From: Nymphaea colorata | Taxonomy: Eukaryota | Assembly: GCF_008831285.2 (NCBI RefSeq) | Contig: NC_045138.2 | Location: 22,072,001 to 22,136,000 of the forward strand | Length of the DNA: 64,000 nt | Direction of reading: 5' to 3' | Part shown: piece by piece, positions 22,901 to 36,700 of the stretch | How the letters are laid out: the number at the start of each line of letters is the position of its first letter | How positions within the stretch are numbered: position 1 is the stretch's first letter | Notes under the pieces: generated by a model | What the model was told of the DNA's origin: nothing | Database searches by the model: none | What the model saw: the letters and a program-made list of their open reading frames with translations, nothing else | Translations under genes and position numbers: made by a program

Positions 22901-25900
22901 CGTCGGGTACGGCGTGGGTGTGCCGGACCGCACCGGGTACGGTCAACGTACCCGGATCATTTTCAACCTTTTTCGGACTCGGTCAAAGTTGACGAGTCCA
23001 AAATTGTCTGATGTTAATTGTAACATTTTTTACATTTTAATGTTTTTAACAATTTTTATGTTAAAATTTTCGAAACCCTTAAACATTTTCGTTTCGTCTA
23101 CGTCGGCCTGTTCTTCCTCTTCACTCTTCACCGAAGACCGACGACGACAGGCGAACGGCGAGCAGCGACGGTAGGCGGCAAGCGGCGAGCGGCGATGGCA
23201 GGCGGCGAGCGGCGACGACAGGCGACGGTAGGCGGCGAGCGGTGAAGGCAGGCGGTGAGCGGCGACGGGGTTTGTTTGCGTTCAAGTTTCATCATCTTCT
23301 CATGTGCGTAGTCAATGTGCTGAGCCTTCCATCATCTTCGGTGTCGGTGGACCAGATGTCGGCGTCGAGGAACAATGCTCTCTCTCTCTCTCTCTCTGGG
23401 ATGGCTTTTGTTTTTCTCTGAAGTCTTTATGATTCTTTGTTTGACCTTCTTTCCCATTTCTTTCTTCACTTTTTTCATCTTCTGTTTTATTCTAGCTCAT
23501 CTTCTGTTTTAATCCTTGTTCTATGCTGATTTTACATGATTGATTGTTGCAGTCTAGCGGTTCTAGTTTTGTTCCTCATTATGGTTAAGTCTCTTTGGTG
23601 ATCTCCCCCTTATATGGCTTTGGTTCCGTCTTGCTAGGTGTTTCACTTTGGTTCTGTCTTGCTAGGTTCTGTTTGAAATTTTTTGATATATATGTATATA
23701 TGTGTGTCTGTGTGTAAGGTCGTACCCCTGCACCTAAGTTTTTTGAAAATGGTTTGTATCTGTACACGCACCTGCACCTGTACCCGTACCCATGTGACAT
23801 AGGTTTCAGTTTAAAAATCAGTGAATTGCTAATCATAGAATATTATTCCCAATATTTTAGAAACCAAAATACTGACATAATGCCTAAAGGAACCAATCAA
23901 TATATTTTAGAATTCCCTCTTGTGCCCAGTGGATGAACACATGCAACAAGGGTGTAACACCCAAAAAATTTAGTCCTTCATTGAAGATTGCGAAGGATCT
24001 TCAAGGGCTTATAAAGGGGGGTGTTAAATAGTTGGTTGTCCTAGCTCTTAACCTTTTTGGGGCTGGAGCCAAAACTGCTAAGGGCCAAGTTGTGATCCGC
24101 TAGACCAAGGTCCGAGCACAGAGTGGGTCTACAGTGGTAACAGAGCATAGTTCAACACTCGGACTTGGGGTCCCAGGCGTGCGGATGCGTGTGTCTTAAA
24201 AGGAGGTGGATTGTAACACCCCAAAAATTTAGTCTCGTATTGAAAATTGTGGGGGATCTTCAAGAGCTTATAAAGGAGGTTCTTAAATAGTTGGGTGTCC
24301 TAGTTCCAAGCCTTTTTGGGGATAGAGCCAAAACTGCTATGGGGGGTGGGTTGGGATCTGTTGGACCAGGGGTCCAAGCCCAACAGTAGGTTGGATCGTT
24401 ACAAGGGGAGTACATTGATTGATAGCCTGCTCATTCCAAAAGATTGATGTGTTTTGTCCTTTCAATGAGTTTTGACTAGCAACCTAAGCTTCCAACACAA
24501 ACATTTGAGACATCCAGAGGTATTCATTGTTGCCCGAAGCAATTGATTTGGGTCCAATGAAGACATTGTTATAAATTGATTCCTCGTCTACTCTGCTAGT
24601 TGGTATTTGGTGCTTCAGGCCAAAAAACTCAAAAAAGACTATGAAGATGGGCTCCGATGGCTCCAAGAACAGAGTACATGGTTCTTCTACTACCAGAGGC
24701 ATCTAACGGTGCCACTAGATCCTTCATCCATGGAGAGCACATAGGTGGTCATGCCTTGGGAACCCGGGAATGGGCTAGGAGTAGGTGGTTGTGATTGTCC
24801 AGTGGGTTGGGTTACGATATCGGATAAGTTCGTCAGGGTTGGTACGCCATAGCCTGAATGTGAGGAGGGGTGTGGAAGTAATGTTGGAAAGCGAGCTGGG
24901 GAGGGCAGCCTAGGTAGGGCAATAGAGGGCTCCATGGCAGGAGGGAGGAAAAGAAGGACAAAATCTTGGGAGAAATAGTGAAGGAAATAGTAGGACAAAG
25001 GAGAGGAGAATTATAAAACATAGAAAGGGTATATACCTAAAAATGAAGAGACTATGCCTGCAATTTCATTTCCAAGATATTTAACACCCCTTATGAAGCA
25101 TTTAGCTTATATATGGCCTCATTTTACAAGAAAGTAATTGAACCAGCCAGTCGCCTTATGTTCATTGCAGGCTATACCTGATTACCCTTTTAAGAAAACT
25201 AAATGCAGGTGGATGGATAGTCTTGAAACTTCTAAGCTCTTCCAATAGCTGACTTGGGCCCAAGATGTCATGTGCATTGGGTAGTTCTCAGATGCTTCTA
25301 ATGTGACAATCATCAGTCATTCTTGGTTAACCTTGTTCTTGCCTAGAATTGCACCCTAGGGCAGGACATATCGCTTAGAGATCATGGAATTAATGATTAA
25401 GCTCAAAGCACTTAGTGCTATATTAGTCATCCGTAATCCATAGGACGCATGGTCCCCTACAGCATGGCCTTCAGGTTCTCAAAAATATTTTGAAGGTTTT
25501 GTCTAATAACGTCAAGCACAATGCACATCCACCACATGTAGGAGTAAACCCTGTTGTATGTAAGCCAGGTATGGCAAGCCCAACCATTGATCAGATGCAA
25601 GTGCCTAAAAGTCTCACAGAGATCAGACCAAGCCAGATCTACTCCTTATGCCGCACACTATAACATGAATGGACTCTTAAACAGTCTAAGTAGTTATTAC
25701 TGGCAGTTATATATCCAAGACATTGTCGATATGTTCAAAATACCACAGAAGGATGTCAGGAAAACAAAGAAATGGAAAACACGGAAAGTCACCCTCATGA
25801 AGGGGTGGACTCCAATGCCATTGACATCAAATAGCTTTGACTAATGATATTCAAAATTTACCAAAAAAATATATTGATTATGATATTATAACAATATTAC

Positions 25901-26274
25901 TGTGATATTTTCCTTAAAAAAAAAAAAATAGATGTGGACTCACCCTCCCTCTCTAGCACAGAAATATGCATGGATGGTGCATGGCTCTCTCTCGCTCTCT
26001 TTTTCTCTCTCTCTCTTGAAATTCAGAAAAGCTATTTGAATATTTTCCAAATATTTTTTAAGAAAATTAACAAAAATTCACAATTTTGTATACTATTTTA
26101 TTACTACTAATATATTTTGAAGATTTTTAAATTTCTGAGAGTTTCCCAAGAAAAAACAAAATTCTCAAAATCTTCTGAAGTTACCGTAACAAAAAAAGCT
26201 GATAACTATATCTGTGAAAATAGTCCAAGCATGTATCTGTGGTGCGCCTATGCTGTGTGTTTGTGTGGGTGTCT

Positions 26275-26322
<48 letters not shown>

Positions 26323-29300
26323 GCAGGTATGATCTAACCAACCCAGGTTCATAACAGACGCACTTGGATTGTACTTAACCTGCTACAGAATAAGTTAACT
26401 AAATAAGCAGAAAAACTAACTGTCCATCAACTGTTCCACACATGATGTGAGTAATATCTAACATGATTATCATTCTACAGGAGTGCATGCCCTTCTTCAT
26501 TGTAGAAGAGCATCTATGGTGGTAAAATAAAATTGTGACTAGTTGGACATGGAAAGGTGAATTCGCAAGAGCACTATATTAGTATGACATAGCTGAAAAT
26601 CAATAGCATGGAAATGAACATAAGACCTTCAAAGTGCAAATCAAGGTTGAAACATAAGTTAAAAGGATTGTGTGTGATTCAGTTATAAGAACTAGTTACA
26701 TAAACAAATAAACTGCTTTCTGTATCAATTTCTAGGCAAAAGAAGGGGCCTTACCTGTTGAGATTGCAGATCTGATGGTGATGTGCGGAAAAAGATTTTG
26801 TTGCTCCCATCAGTTTCTACAATAGATTTCTTAGGCCTCACAGTGCCTAGATAGTCAAGAATGCAAGACTCAACCTCATCTTTGGTGAAGTCCCCGACGA
26901 TGCTCACCTGAACAATCGAGAAGCACATTAGCAAGACAGAAGAGGACCTGCTTTAAAAGCATGTCTTAAAAAATGTGAAATCTAGGTATTAGTTGTACTT
27001 ATTCCATCATCAAAAAGTGATGAAAAATGTCATCAGAACACTTCCAGTAGATGAATCAACTACCATATACCAATCCAATAAGATTGATATGTACATGTAA
27101 TATAATCCAGTTTGCTTGTCCTTTGCAAAAACAAGAACCTAAAACTGAATCCCGTGGTGAAGGATGATTTATTTGTGCTCCTTATCTTCCAAAGCATGTT
27201 TTGACTCATTTCCACCCTCCAAGTATACCATCAAGAAAGCATCATGCCTCCATTCTGTCTAGCATAGGCCAGAAAGATGTGTCTAAAATACCTTATGACC
27301 CACTATTCTAGGTTCCAAGTTCCAACCTATAGTCAACTTCTTCAAAAATGAATATTGCCAGCACATATACCAGCCAGAAAATACACAGCAGTTATTTTTG
27401 TTGTAGTCCCTGCTTTTGAAGATCATTCACAAGACTCAAAGAGATAGTCGAGTACAGAACCACTTTGAATTTGATTTTGTCCCTGAAACCAGTCCTAGGA
27501 AATCTAGACAAAATAGAAAATATACTCATGGAGAATAAACGGAGCAATTGTTAAATTACTTAACTGGACCATGTGTGTGAGTGTGTGTATACTGAAACAA
27601 GTCACAGGGAAAGATAAAATAGAACATGCATTGATGGAGAATGAACCAGTTTCCTAGTATTCATATGGTGCTATTATTAAATTATCCGACCAGGTTTTGT
27701 GTGTGCATAATGTGTATACATGTTGAGGTATACATATATTTTTCTGTTTTAGTCTGATCCGCTGTTTGTTGTACTTTTCATGTATAGCATTTTTCTTTTA
27801 CTGTAATTCTTAGTTAAGCCATTAAATGGCTGTCAGAGCAAGTTGTGGCTAGTCATGGTGGCTAGATATCTAACAACTAGTTATTTCTTCTCAATTTCAA
27901 AATAGAGGCTGAGCCTCAATCTTGCTTGTCACATTGGGAGTTTGAGACCGTTCTTCAATGAATTCAGTTTAACCCCATTGACCTTTGAGAGTTTGGAGTG
28001 TAAGACATGTTGTTGTTCTTAAGAACCATCTGTTCTTTCTATTTCACCATATGGTGTCAAAGCGAGGTTGATTGTGAAATGTCAACCTGCTCATGTCCCA
28101 GGTAGTGTGTCATTGTTCCTTGTGGTGTGGCTTCTGTTGGTTGTATAGCAGAACTGGACATCTTGTTGTTGTGATTCTTCAAGGTTCATTCATTGCCTTC
28201 TTTCCAAGCATTTCATGTCAGTTTCTTCTTGTGTCCATTATGGAAGAAAAGGATTTTGCCAGTTTCTCGTCTGAATCTTACTTCTACCATGCTACATGCA
28301 CCTCTACCATAAACACCTCAATGGTGAAAGGGCCTTTGGAGATTCGCTAATGGAACCACGGAAGAACCCAAATCGAATCCTACAAAAGAAATAGATGGCA
28401 AAGCCATAGAACGTTCTGGAAATGACAAGAAAAAGCTATTAGTGATTATGAAAAAAAGTGGAAAACTGGGAAAACCTGTCACCATCAAGTTGTTTTGAGG
28501 CTGTTAAATGAAGTGATTTCAGTACAACTGCAAATCTTGCTAACTTAGCCCATGAAGCATGGGCCTATCTTTAAAAAGCCACATCATGAAGGATGTTGTT
28601 CAAGAAAGAATTATGAATATGAAACCAGGAGAGATAACTATTAGAGAATATCCTGGAGCTCTCACCCAAATTTGGGATAAGCTTTCTCTTTGTTAACCAA
28701 TTTACAAGATCGTAACAACTTTCCTGCTGCAACACACTGAGTAATCTCAGAATTGCATGTGACAAAATCTCCTTCAGAGAAAAATCCCTACAGACAACCC
28801 ATTCTCCCAATTATAATGCTCTCATTTTGAACAAAGAGAATGAATTGCTTCAAACTACTGAAAGGGCCAGTTTATCACCACCTAAACCATCAAGAAATGT
28901 AAATAGAGGACAGGATGGATAACAGTGAGCAAGACAACAAACGTATGCACACAGAAATGTTACACAAAGAATAAACATGATAAAACCAGAAAAGAAACAT
29001 ATTCACAAGTGCATACTCAAAAAAAAAAAGGGGAACCAGTTTGCCTGATGCAACAACTTTGAGATAGTGGACTGAAACCATCGTCAACTATAGTGGGAGA
29101 AGGCAAGTAACAAAGTCAGTCAGTTTACCTCCATATTATCACCTACAAATTGATCCATCACTGCATCTCTAACCAATGGCAGTGTCAACTTCTGCAGTGA
29201 TTGTGGTGTAGGCTCAACAAATCGCTCATCACCATCTAACATTGCCATCATTAGCTTGTGGGCCGTTGCTCGCTCTAAGCTTTTTGGAATGGCACGATAA

Positions 29301-30741
29301 TAGGATAAATAAAGCTGCCTTGCTCTATCAAATGCATCCTCCAGCCACACATTATGCTGCATGCCTCATCAATGATAAGATCATTTTCATTGATATACAA
29401 AGAAGAACCGTTAAGTTCATTAAAGACCACCAAATTCATATCACAATAAGGTAAGATAGAAGTATGATGAATGACACTAACAAACAAACTACAAAGAATC
29501 ACTGTGACCCACCTTACAATCAAATAGAACAGTTTTTAAAGTTTAAAACTCCACACTGATCTCCAGGGATAGGAAACAAGCTGAATGGACCAAAACAAAC
29601 CATGTTCAAGGTCAGATTATTTGAGTAGCTCAAATTCAGCTAACGAATTTGAGTAGCTCACATTCGTTAGACGTCAAACCCAAGTTATCTAATGACAGAC
29701 ATATTCAAGCCTGTGTAATAAGCTATTCAACAAATGTAATATGCAAAAATTAAACTCAATTTTAGCTCAAGTTTCCATGTAGAGCACCATTTGATATCGA
29801 AATCACAGAATGCATTTTAGCTCATGAGTTTACACAGACCTGTTAAGTGTATAAATAAAGTAAGAAGCAAATTAAATTAATAAAAGGTGTGAAAAAAATG
29901 TGTGAGAAAAAAGGAAATCTCAGAAAGACATCATGATAATATCTTGAATTATCTTGATATATTGAAATGTACATTGTTTTAGCAATAGTTTTCCACCTTA
30001 TTGTCAGGAAATTTTAAATTGGTCAAAGTTCTTAGCGTGCATAATCAGCTAGACTACAGTTCTACCACAACAGAAGATAGTCGAAAAAGATCAGATGGTT
30101 TTTTTCGTGTGGCTGTGGCAAAACGAAGACTTCTCCTCTTGCCATAAATATTGGCAATATTTTAAAAAATTGCAATAATATCAGCAAGACAAAACCAAGA
30201 AATAGAAAATATGACCAAGATGAAAATATTACATTATTTATGAGCCTCTTGATCAACATTATTTTAATGTATTTTAAACTTTTTTAACACTTTATCAGTT
30301 AATTCCGGATTTTTATCAATTTTTTGTAAGACAATGAGTAAAAAAGTCACAATTGCCTGTCTTTCATTTGTTTATACTTTTAAATGTTTTTTGAATTCTT
30401 GAAAGCTTTTAGGAAAGGCAAGAGTTTCCATTCAATACCTGAGAAAAGCTCAACAATAAAAACGCCAGGATGATATTTGCCACAATGCTTCTTCAAAACC
30501 CTTAAGAAGTCATGAATATTACAAAATTCATCCACTGGCTGCATCACTATAAATATTATTAGAAAAATTTACAAAAGCAGGCTTAAGTTTGTGTTCGTTA
30601 CAAAGAACATGTCAAGTTTCAAAAACTTTTACATAACTGCCTAACTTTTGCAATGTATTTCAAATAGGCACTTCTCACCATCCTTAAATAAAGCATGGTT
30701 TAACACATAAAAAAAAATCTAAATTGCCCTCTCTCTCTCAC

Positions 30742-30779
<38 letters not shown>

Positions 30780-33700
30780 TGAAGCATTCTCTGGTTTTTT
30801 GATGTTTTCCTTTATTCGTGTGAGAAATAGCTTCTATGCTGTGGTTATTCTATTGCTTTTGTTGATGTTGGTGGTTCATCCCCTTGTTCTCTTCCAATGC
30901 AAATCAGCGAGAGATAGGTCCCTCAACATTTTATTGATCAAAAAATAGAGTTATACAAATCATATCCCTTGTTCTCTTACTCAACAGTAAAAAGAATATT
31001 TCACCATGCATTAGCAAGATTTGGGTGAGTGCATCAATCTACTTTTATAGTAGTTAGTTTGAGGAACTGGAGAATTTACTCCACCAGATATATTTATGTC
31101 TCGAGTCATCAGCGTTTCCTGGACATTTACATGCTTCTGACTCTAGGGAGAAGCTTCAAATTCATCAACAAGACAGGTCTTCTTCATTCCCATCATTGGT
31201 TGGGCTATGTTTCTGATGGATATCATCCCATTGTGCCAAATGGACCGATTGGTTTTCTTCTTTACTTTTGATTTTGGAATTTTCATTTTGCAATTTTGTG
31301 TAATTAATGAATTGGGGTTCACTATATTTCTTTATTTTAATGGTCGATATGCTTGTTTGAGTGAAATAGGGGTGTTTGAAAAAGTGTATAGATCTTGCTA
31401 AGAAAGAAGCATCTGCTTTCTTTTCCCAGAGAGCATGAGAAGTAAGGATGGGAGGATGGGTCCTTTTAAAGTGAGAATCAAAACTCAAGTAGTCTCCACA
31501 GTGCTTGAACAGGGTCTTATTTTTTGGCCTTTGACAGGAGCATTCAAGATTTAAAAAAAAAAAAATCATAATTGAACTTGCGAATCTCAATGATCACATA
31601 GTGTTGAAAAGGTGTATAGATCAAAGAGAAGCATCTACTTTTGAAGTAATTTATGCTGTAAACCAAAACCAAAGTGTCATGCTGTGATGTAAACAAGGAA
31701 ATTTTATTAATCCATGAAATCAAATGCTAATATACCAATGCAGATGATCACTGCAGTGATCAAGGTTGTTCATCAATCAAATTGAACTATCCTTGTGCTA
31801 GTGAAGACGACAAGTTTCTAATGTCGAGGAAAACATATGAAACTACATGATGAATTTAAGATGACATTTGTGCTTATCTATCAATTTGAAGGAACCCTCA
31901 TCATCCTTATCTAGTCTGCATAATAAAATACATATATAAACCTTTACATCAGAACAGAACACAAATTAGAAAGAAAGAAGATGCAAAAAGCAGAATCATA
32001 TCAGTATGAGTCGAATCTACAGCACAATTTTGTTCATGAAAGACGATAAATCAGAAGAGAGGCACAAAAAAGTTTACAAAAGAAGACAATAACTTTAAGA
32101 GTAATATCTAGCATAGAGTAACGAGAACCGATAAATAGAGAGAGAGAGAGAGAGAGAGAGGAGAGTTGGGACCAAGGTAAACGCATAGTTTATTATTGTT
32201 GAGGAAATGTGCTGCTTTGGTATTTAAAGTTTTATGTATTTTGGAATTTAATATTAGGTAGCTTTCTGAATTTTTAAAATTTTGCGGGACTCTTTATGTA
32301 AAGCGTTAAACATAACCCTAATTTTTATTTAGTCTAATGGAAAAGGAGCAGCCGATAGATTGATGACTGCTACCTATTCTCTCCTTCCTCACGTTCTTCT
32401 CTTCTCCCTCTTCTCCACCTCTCTACGCAACATGGTATCAGCTATGTCACATGGGTACGGGTACGGGTGCCGGTACTGGTACGGGTACGGACCATTTTCA
32501 AAAAACTTGGGTACGGGGGTATGGCCGTACACACACACATATATATGTCAAAAAATACAGAAAAATAACATATTTGCACATATCTATATCAAAAATTACA
32601 CAATCAGAATAACATATTGTCATATTCATAAATATATTCTCATTCTCCTCAGTCTCATAATTAACATTCAAAATACATTCAAAATACATCAGTTGATTTT
32701 CATTCTCCTCACTCCTCAGTTGCATCATCAAATGGATTTCTTCTCAATCAGTATAGAACATGCAATACAGAATAATGAATATGCAGTCTATGCAGAATAA
32801 GTGAATAATTGATTCAGTATATGGCGTGGGAAGGCATGCATCCAAAGAAGAATAGGTCATTGTTGGACAAGGCATACCAAAATACGAATATGATGTGATA
32901 AAGCTTGGAGTTCTTTTCAATTTATCAAAGGACATGCTCAAAAGACATTGGACTTGGGTTCATCAGCAAATTGGGATGAACCCAACGAAAAACAGAAAAC
33001 ACGTTGCAATCTGTTGGCCAAACAAAACACGCTGCATACAACGAAAAACAGAAAACAACTACGCAAAAAGAAGATGGACTCATTGAGAATCAACTACGCA
33101 AACAGAAAACAAGAGATAATAGTGAAAGAACAGAAACAATACAACGCCCAACGGTCGTCGCCGGAGGTGAAGGCAGGGGCAGAACCGATGAAAATGAACT
33201 AAAACATGATAAAAACAAAAATATACCGCCGCCGTTCGCCTCCTGCCGTCGCCGTTCGCCTCCTGCCGTCGCCAATCAGTCGCCGTTCAACTGTCTTCGC
33301 CTTTCGTCGCCGGTCGCCGCCCCTGCCTGTCGCCGGCCGTCGCACGATGAGAGGAAACGAAACCCGTCGCTGTTCGCCTCCTACCGTCACCGATCACCGT
33401 CGCCGTTCAACTGCCTTCACCATCGCCGTTCGCCTCCTACCGTCGCCGGCCGTCGCACGATGAGAGGAAACAAAACCCTTAAAACGAAAACATGTTTTAA
33501 GGGTTTCGAGCTTTTTTTTTTAACGTTATAATCGTTTAAAACTTTAAAATCTAAAAATCGTTAAAATAAAAAAAAGACACATTTGGACTCGGTCAAAGTT
33601 GACCGTACCCAAAAAAGGTCAAAAATGACCTCTGGTGCGTTGACCGTACACGCACAAAAAAGGTGTACCCAACCCCGTACCTATACCGGTACCTGTGTCG

Positions 33701-36700
33701 TACCGGTACCATACGGGTACTCCTCCTTTGGAGGAGTACCCGTGTGACGTAGGGTATCAGAGCCTCGGACCTAGGACTGTGCCATCTAGGGTTTCACGTG
33801 GCTTCCCTCCTCTCTTTTCTCATCCCTTCATTCAAGAAAAGGTTGGACATCTAAAGTTGCTGCTGCCTTCAAAAGATACGGTGGGACTGCTTGATGAAAA
33901 GGGACTGATCACGTTCTACATGTAGAGACGTGATCTGCACTCTATGTTGCTGTCGAAGTCTTGATGTTGCTGAAGAACCTAATCGGATGAAGTTGACAAG
34001 TTGCTGTCTTTGTTCAGATCTAACTCAGTCGTTGACAAACAGTTGATGTTGATCAGATCTGAATGTCGTAGAATATATCGGATTTGACTCAGTGGATGTC
34101 ATTAAAAAAATCAGACTAGAGAATGTCTGATCTGCTTGGTCGTGTGGTGCAGAGTTGATTCTCAGTCAAAATGGAGCAGGTTTGTCTTCAAATCTGATTG
34201 CAGTAAGTCTGTGAATGATGTTTATATTCAGTCCGTCGTAGGTTGGTGTTGAAATCTAGCTGAAAAATTTTGTGCTTGCTAGTATATATGCTAGTATATA
34301 TCTTGTTTGTCATGGGTTTTTATAGTTATCTATTTTCGTGGTTCTGGTTTCGTGGTTCTCGCATGGCTGCCAACAGATCTAAAAGATCTTAACTCTCTAC
34401 ATTACTTCTTGGGGATAGAAGTGGTAAGAAGTAAAGAAGGTCTAGTCCTTTCTCAAAGAAAATATGTTCTTGATTTGCTACATGAAACAGGTATGATTGG
34501 AACTAAACCAACATCTGTTCCTATGAATTTTCGCACTCACTTATATGATGACAAATCTGAACCTGTTGGTAGCAAATCATATCGATCTCTCATTGGAAAG
34601 CTACTATATGTAACGATTACTAGACCTGATATATCCTTTGCTGTGGGAAAACTAAGTCAATTTATGGATAAGCCAAAAAAACCCATTGGGATGCAGCTAT
34701 GTTATTATTGAAATTTCTAAAAGGCTCCCCTAGAAGGGTCTATTATTTAGAAGAAGCACCTCACTTTAGATAGAAGCTTATTCTGATGCAGATTATGCAG
34801 GCTCACTTGATGACAGAAAGTCCACTATGGGATTATGTATCTTTGTTGGTGGCAACTTAGTCTCTTGGAGAAGTAAAAAGCAAGTTGTTATTGCTCGATT
34901 GAGTGCAGAGTCAGAATATCGAACCATGACCCAAACAGCCACTGAAATCACGTGGGTGAGAGGCATGCTAGAAGGTCTTGGAATTCAGATAGAATTGCCT
35001 ATAAAAATGCAATGTGATAATAAAGCGGCTACTTATATAGCAAATAATCCGATCTTCCACGAACGGTCCAAACATATTGAAGTTGATTGTCATTACATTA
35101 GAGATTTGGTCCAAGCAGGGATTATTTCTACTGAGTATGTTGCTTCCGAAGACCAACCTGCAGATATATTTACCAAAGCTCTTCCGATATCTAATTTCAT
35201 GAAGTGTAGTAGCAAGCTGAGCATGATAGACATCTATGCTCCAAAACTTGAGGGGGAGTGTTGAGGAAACGTGCTGCTTTGGTATTTAAAGTTTTATATA
35301 TTTTGGAATTTAATATTAGGTAGCTTTCTGAATTTTTAAAATTTTGTTGGACTCTTTATGTAAAGGGTTAAACATAACCCTACTCCTTATTTAGTCTAAT
35401 GGAAAAGGAGCAGCCGATAGATTGATGACTGTTACCTATTCTCTCCTCCTTCCTCACGTTCTTCTCTTCTCCCTCTTCTCCACCTCTCTACGCAACAATT
35501 ATTTAAGAACTTCCATCCCTTAGTTACCACGAAGAAGTGCCTTCATGTTAAATATATATTCAACCAAACCATAATTTGAAAAAATTTAAAACTTGAGTAT
35601 GTTTTTGTAATGCGTTCAAAAGTTAAGCATGCTTTTGTAACTTTTCAATATTATTCATATAAAAGGTGACTGAAATGCAATCCGCATACAATATGAAAAA
35701 GAACAGGCAATAAAGCTTTTCAATAATCTGAATAAAAAAGGAGAATTACCTCAAGCACCATATGAAGCAGCTGGAAAGCTGCACGCATACCACCATCTCT
35801 TAGAGTAAATCTGAATTCCATGCAAATAAACTCCTCAGTCGACTCCAAGGAGCAATTAATTAGATGATTGACACAAAAAAGCTCTACCTGCATGTGCCGG
35901 AAGCATTGTCAACATACCACTTGCAAATCAAGAAAGACATAAATATTTACAAAGCAGATCATACACATAGATAATGCAGTCATATAAACATAGAATGGGA
36001 TTAAGCATAAATCTTTCAATAGTTGATGATAAACATGCCAAGGGTACAAATAATTAAGAATTAGAGATCACTTCAGTTAAATATCCAAAATATCACAGAA
36101 ACATGCTAGAGTTGAAACAATTAAATGGTTTGCAAATGTTAAATGGTAACCTGTTTACGATTGGATTTGGAAAAGAACTGAATTCATGTTTGTACTTCAA
36201 TAATAACAGATCTTGTGTAACCTTATAGTTTATAGTTTATTCACTTGCTGAGACCCTAATGTGAGGTCTTCTTATTTAATGTTAATTGTTGACGGGTTTT
36301 GTTGTCCGGGTCTGGATCCTTACCCGATCCGGTTTGTCCTAATTAGGACTCTACTTATATCTCTGTAAACCCTAATGGCCTAAACTTTGTGTTAATGAAG
36401 TTTTGAAGAGAGAGAGTGTCTGGACGCTAGTGGGCACCAAACCTCCTCACCCGTGGTTTTTCTTCCCTTGTGTTGAGGGTTTTCCACGTTACATCTGTGT
36501 GCTTTCTTCTACTCTCGTGCATATTTTGTTTCTACATGGTATCAGAGCCGTCGGACTTGGAGAAAACAAAATCTGTTTTTCTAGGGTTGTGAAGTTCCAA
36601 CCCTAACTGCTGCCGTTGCTGCGCCGCCGCTGTCGCCGCGCCGTGACATTGCCTCCGCCGCTGCCGCTGCCGCCGCTGCCCCACCGTGACCGTGACCGCC

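Larger units (their letters stand above)
32197..35497 (+). mobile_element. Ty1/copia element C, non-autonomous; keeps only the RT C-terminus and RNase H
   Basis: LTRs 32197-32432 and 35259-35497 (about 9 substitutions plus a 3-bp indel), TSD ATTAT, PPT GAGGGGGAG, PBS interrupted by a hAT insertion. Confidence 0.93.

Noticed and set aside
24484..25021. Pro/Ser-rich minus-strand ORFs
   Set aside because: No recognisable domain, splice structure or element ends; probably old repeat debris.
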